A stretch of DNA of 36,069 bases, taken from positions 1-36,069 of the IMG/VR virus record IMGVR_UViG_3300035187_000647. One strand, given 5' to 3'. A program made the position numbers and the translations under genes. Under the pieces are notes generated by a model that was not told where the DNA came from, searched no databases, and was given only the letters and a program-made list of their open reading frames with translations. Below, piece by piece: positions 34,523 through 36,069 of this stretch. This DNA is from a virus. Taxonomy: Duplodnaviria > Caudoviricetes. Numbering within the stretch: the first letter of the stretch is position 1; each line of letters starts with the position of its first letter.

Positions 34523-35802
34523 CCGTTGCCCCCGCCGTCAGCTGCATAGAAGAAGTTGCCGTCGTTATTTGAAACTGGACCAGCAATGCGCGCCTGATAC
34601 TCGGGGCTTGAACGGATCGCGTCGTACAGCTGCTGCTGCGTCAGCCCGCCGCCGTAGACCGCATTCGTCCAGGACGACATACCGGCATCATCCGGCGTGC
34701 GACCGAGCAGCTCTGAGTAAGCGTTCTTGACGAGGCTCTGCGCGCCCAAGAGACCGCCGACCATGTTCGGGTTCGACTGACCTGCAGCCCACTGATCGTA
34801 GGTCGAGTTCGTCGGACCAGGCGCAACGTCTTGATAGGTGTAGCCGCCTGTCGATCCTGTCGGCGTGCCAGCGTATCCGCCGGTCATTGCAGGCGTCTGC
34901 TGCTGCGCGCTTGAGGCGTAGTTGTTGTACGAAGTCGGAGGCGTCGACGACCAGTTGCCTTGGATTGGAGCGGCGTTCTGCATAGGTCTTACATCATCAA
35001 GCAGACCGCGTGCAGACACATCGCGCCCAAGGCGCTGGTTGATTGTGTCGTACAGAAAACCGAACGGCTGATCCTTCGGAGAAGGGAGCGGACGCATCGG
35101 CGTGTACGCATCAAACACGCTCACATTCCCGTAACGTGTGTTCGGTCCGTTCGGGCTGATATTCCCCGGCAGGTTTGCGTTCTTAGATGGGCCAGCTGCA
35201 GCCTTCTGATACTCGGGCGAACTCATCAGCGCCTGTCTGACTTGATCGCGCGTCATCGCGCCGCTGTTGAGCGCATCGACCCACTGATATGCAGACGGGT
35301 CCAACCCGCGGTTGAACATCTGCGTGTACAGGTCGTACACATAACCTTCCGGCGACGCGTTGAATTGCGCCGTGAGATCGCCAGGCTTTACTGCGCCAGA
35401 ACGAAGTCCCGCAGACCAAGATGCGAGACCGCCTTCATCTGGCGCTCGTCCAAGTTCTTTCTCGTAAATATCGCCGAGCAATCCGCCATATTGCTGTATC
35501 GCAAGATCACGATATTCGGGGCTTTGCCGGATCTGATCTATGACCTGTTGCTCTGTTAGTGCGCCGCTAGATAGAGCGCCTGTCCATGCCTGACGCCCCG
35601 CATCTTCTGGCGCGCGATCAAGGTTCGCTGTGTATGCGTCGTACACGGCGCCTTCTGGCGACGCGTCGATCATCTGCTGCACTTGCTGCTGCGATAGCGC
35701 ACCAGAACTAAGCGCATCAATCCACCCCTGCGCGCCAGCATCTGGCGTGCGCCCCAGCTCTTTCTGGTAAAGGTCTGCGACGTATTGTGCGTAATCGACC
35801 AT
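34519..35802 (-). CDS. Protein with five DUF4214-like repeats
   Basis: Repeats of Y...LGR.PD..G...W...L.SG.......SPE. Confidence 0.75.
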   Translation of the reverse strand: MVDYAQYVADLYQKELGRTPDAGAQGWIDALSSGALSQQQVQQMIDASPEGAVYDAYTANLDRAPEDAGRQAWTGALSSGALTEQQVIDQIRQSPEYRDLAIQQYGGLLGDIYEKELGRAPDEGGLASWSAGLRSGAVKPGDLTAQFNASPEGYVYDLYTQMFNRGLDPSAYQWVDALNSGAMTRDQVRQALMSSPEYQKAAAGPSKNANLPGNISPNGPNTRYGNVSVFDAYTPMRPLPSPKDQPFGFLYDTINQRLGRDVSARGLLDDVRPMQNAAPIQGNWSSTPPTSYNNYASSAQQQTPAMTGGYAGTPTGSTGGYTYQDVAPGPTNSTYDQWAAGQSNPNMVGGLLGAQSLVKNAYSELLGRTPDDAGMSSWTNAVYGGGLTQQQLYDAIRSSPEYQARIAGPVSNNDGNFFYAADGGGNG

Positions 35803-36069
35803 TAGAGAAGCCCTCTCATTGTCGGGAGCGGACGAAATGCAACGCGCCGCCGTTCCGGCATTTGTGCCGGCATCATTTCTTCTTCGGGTTCCGGCTTCTC
35901 TTGCATGAGCTTCGCCAGGTTGAGCAGACCGCCAGCCGCCTTTGCGTAACCGGCAGACTGCGCGAGATCCGCGTTTTGCGTCTTCACTTCTTCCGGCGTC
36001 ATCGGCTTCGGCGCGTCGATTTGATCCGGAAGGATCTTGTTGCCGAGCCAGCGAGCTGCCGTCGCCATG
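35802..36069 (-). CDS. C-terminal part of a putative ejection protein (probably truncated)
   Basis: Open to the window edge; ends MRGLL and overlaps the next start. Confidence 0.55.
   Translation of the reverse strand, partial: MATAARWLGNKILPDQIDAPKPMTPEEVKTQNADLAQSAGYAKAAGGLLNLAKLMQEKPEPEEEMMPAQMPERRRVAFRPLPTMRGLL

Larger units (their letters stand above)
1..36069. mobile_element. Tailed bacteriophage genome fragment, podovirus-like, probably temperate
   Basis: Terminase, portal, scaffold, capsid, tail, lysis, replication and integrase genes in phage order. No tape measure or sheath gene and no host housekeeping genes are visible. Confidence 0.95.

Noticed and set aside
1-36069. Window as a complete circular genome
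   Set aside because: There is no terminal overlap. Joining the ends puts the 1-202 ORF out of frame with the 35802 ORF and gives an early stop, so sequence is probably missing.

Overview
The window is most of a ~36+ kb tailed-phage genome (podovirus-like, P22-type portal and head-tail proteins). It is circularly permuted, with both ends cutting into the DNA-ejection gene block, and the two ends do not join in frame. Every convincing gene is on the minus strand except one tyrosine integrase. In transcription order (right to left): ejection proteins, [integrase, + strand], an LPD23/zincin protein, a structured intergenic RNA, small early genes (including DnaA-domain-IV-like HTH and DUF6378-like proteins), PD-(D/E)XK exonuclease, XRE HTH, HNH, RuvC-like resolvase, SSB-like protein, primase-helicase followed by ori-like repeats, TerS, metallophosphoesterase, TerL, small basic proteins, glycosyltransferase, methyltransferase, portal, scaffold, major capsid, HNH, adaptor, tail/fibre genes, holin, GH108 endolysin, tail stabilisation protein, GNAT-like protein. 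The most interesting signal is a candidate regulatory circuit with no recognisable CI repressor: a ~110-nt three-hairpin RNA carrying a CU-rich stretch exactly complementary (12 nt) to the integrase RBS, a CTAG-centred 17-bp motif in three promoter regions, a perfect DnaA box and CGGGTAA repeats around the integrase. Other notable items are a synonymously recoded patch in the capsid gene next to an HNH, DUF4214-like repeats in an ejection-block protein, a shared GLL motif, and an unlisted secreted six-cysteine peptide. All family calls come from motif recognition, not database searches.
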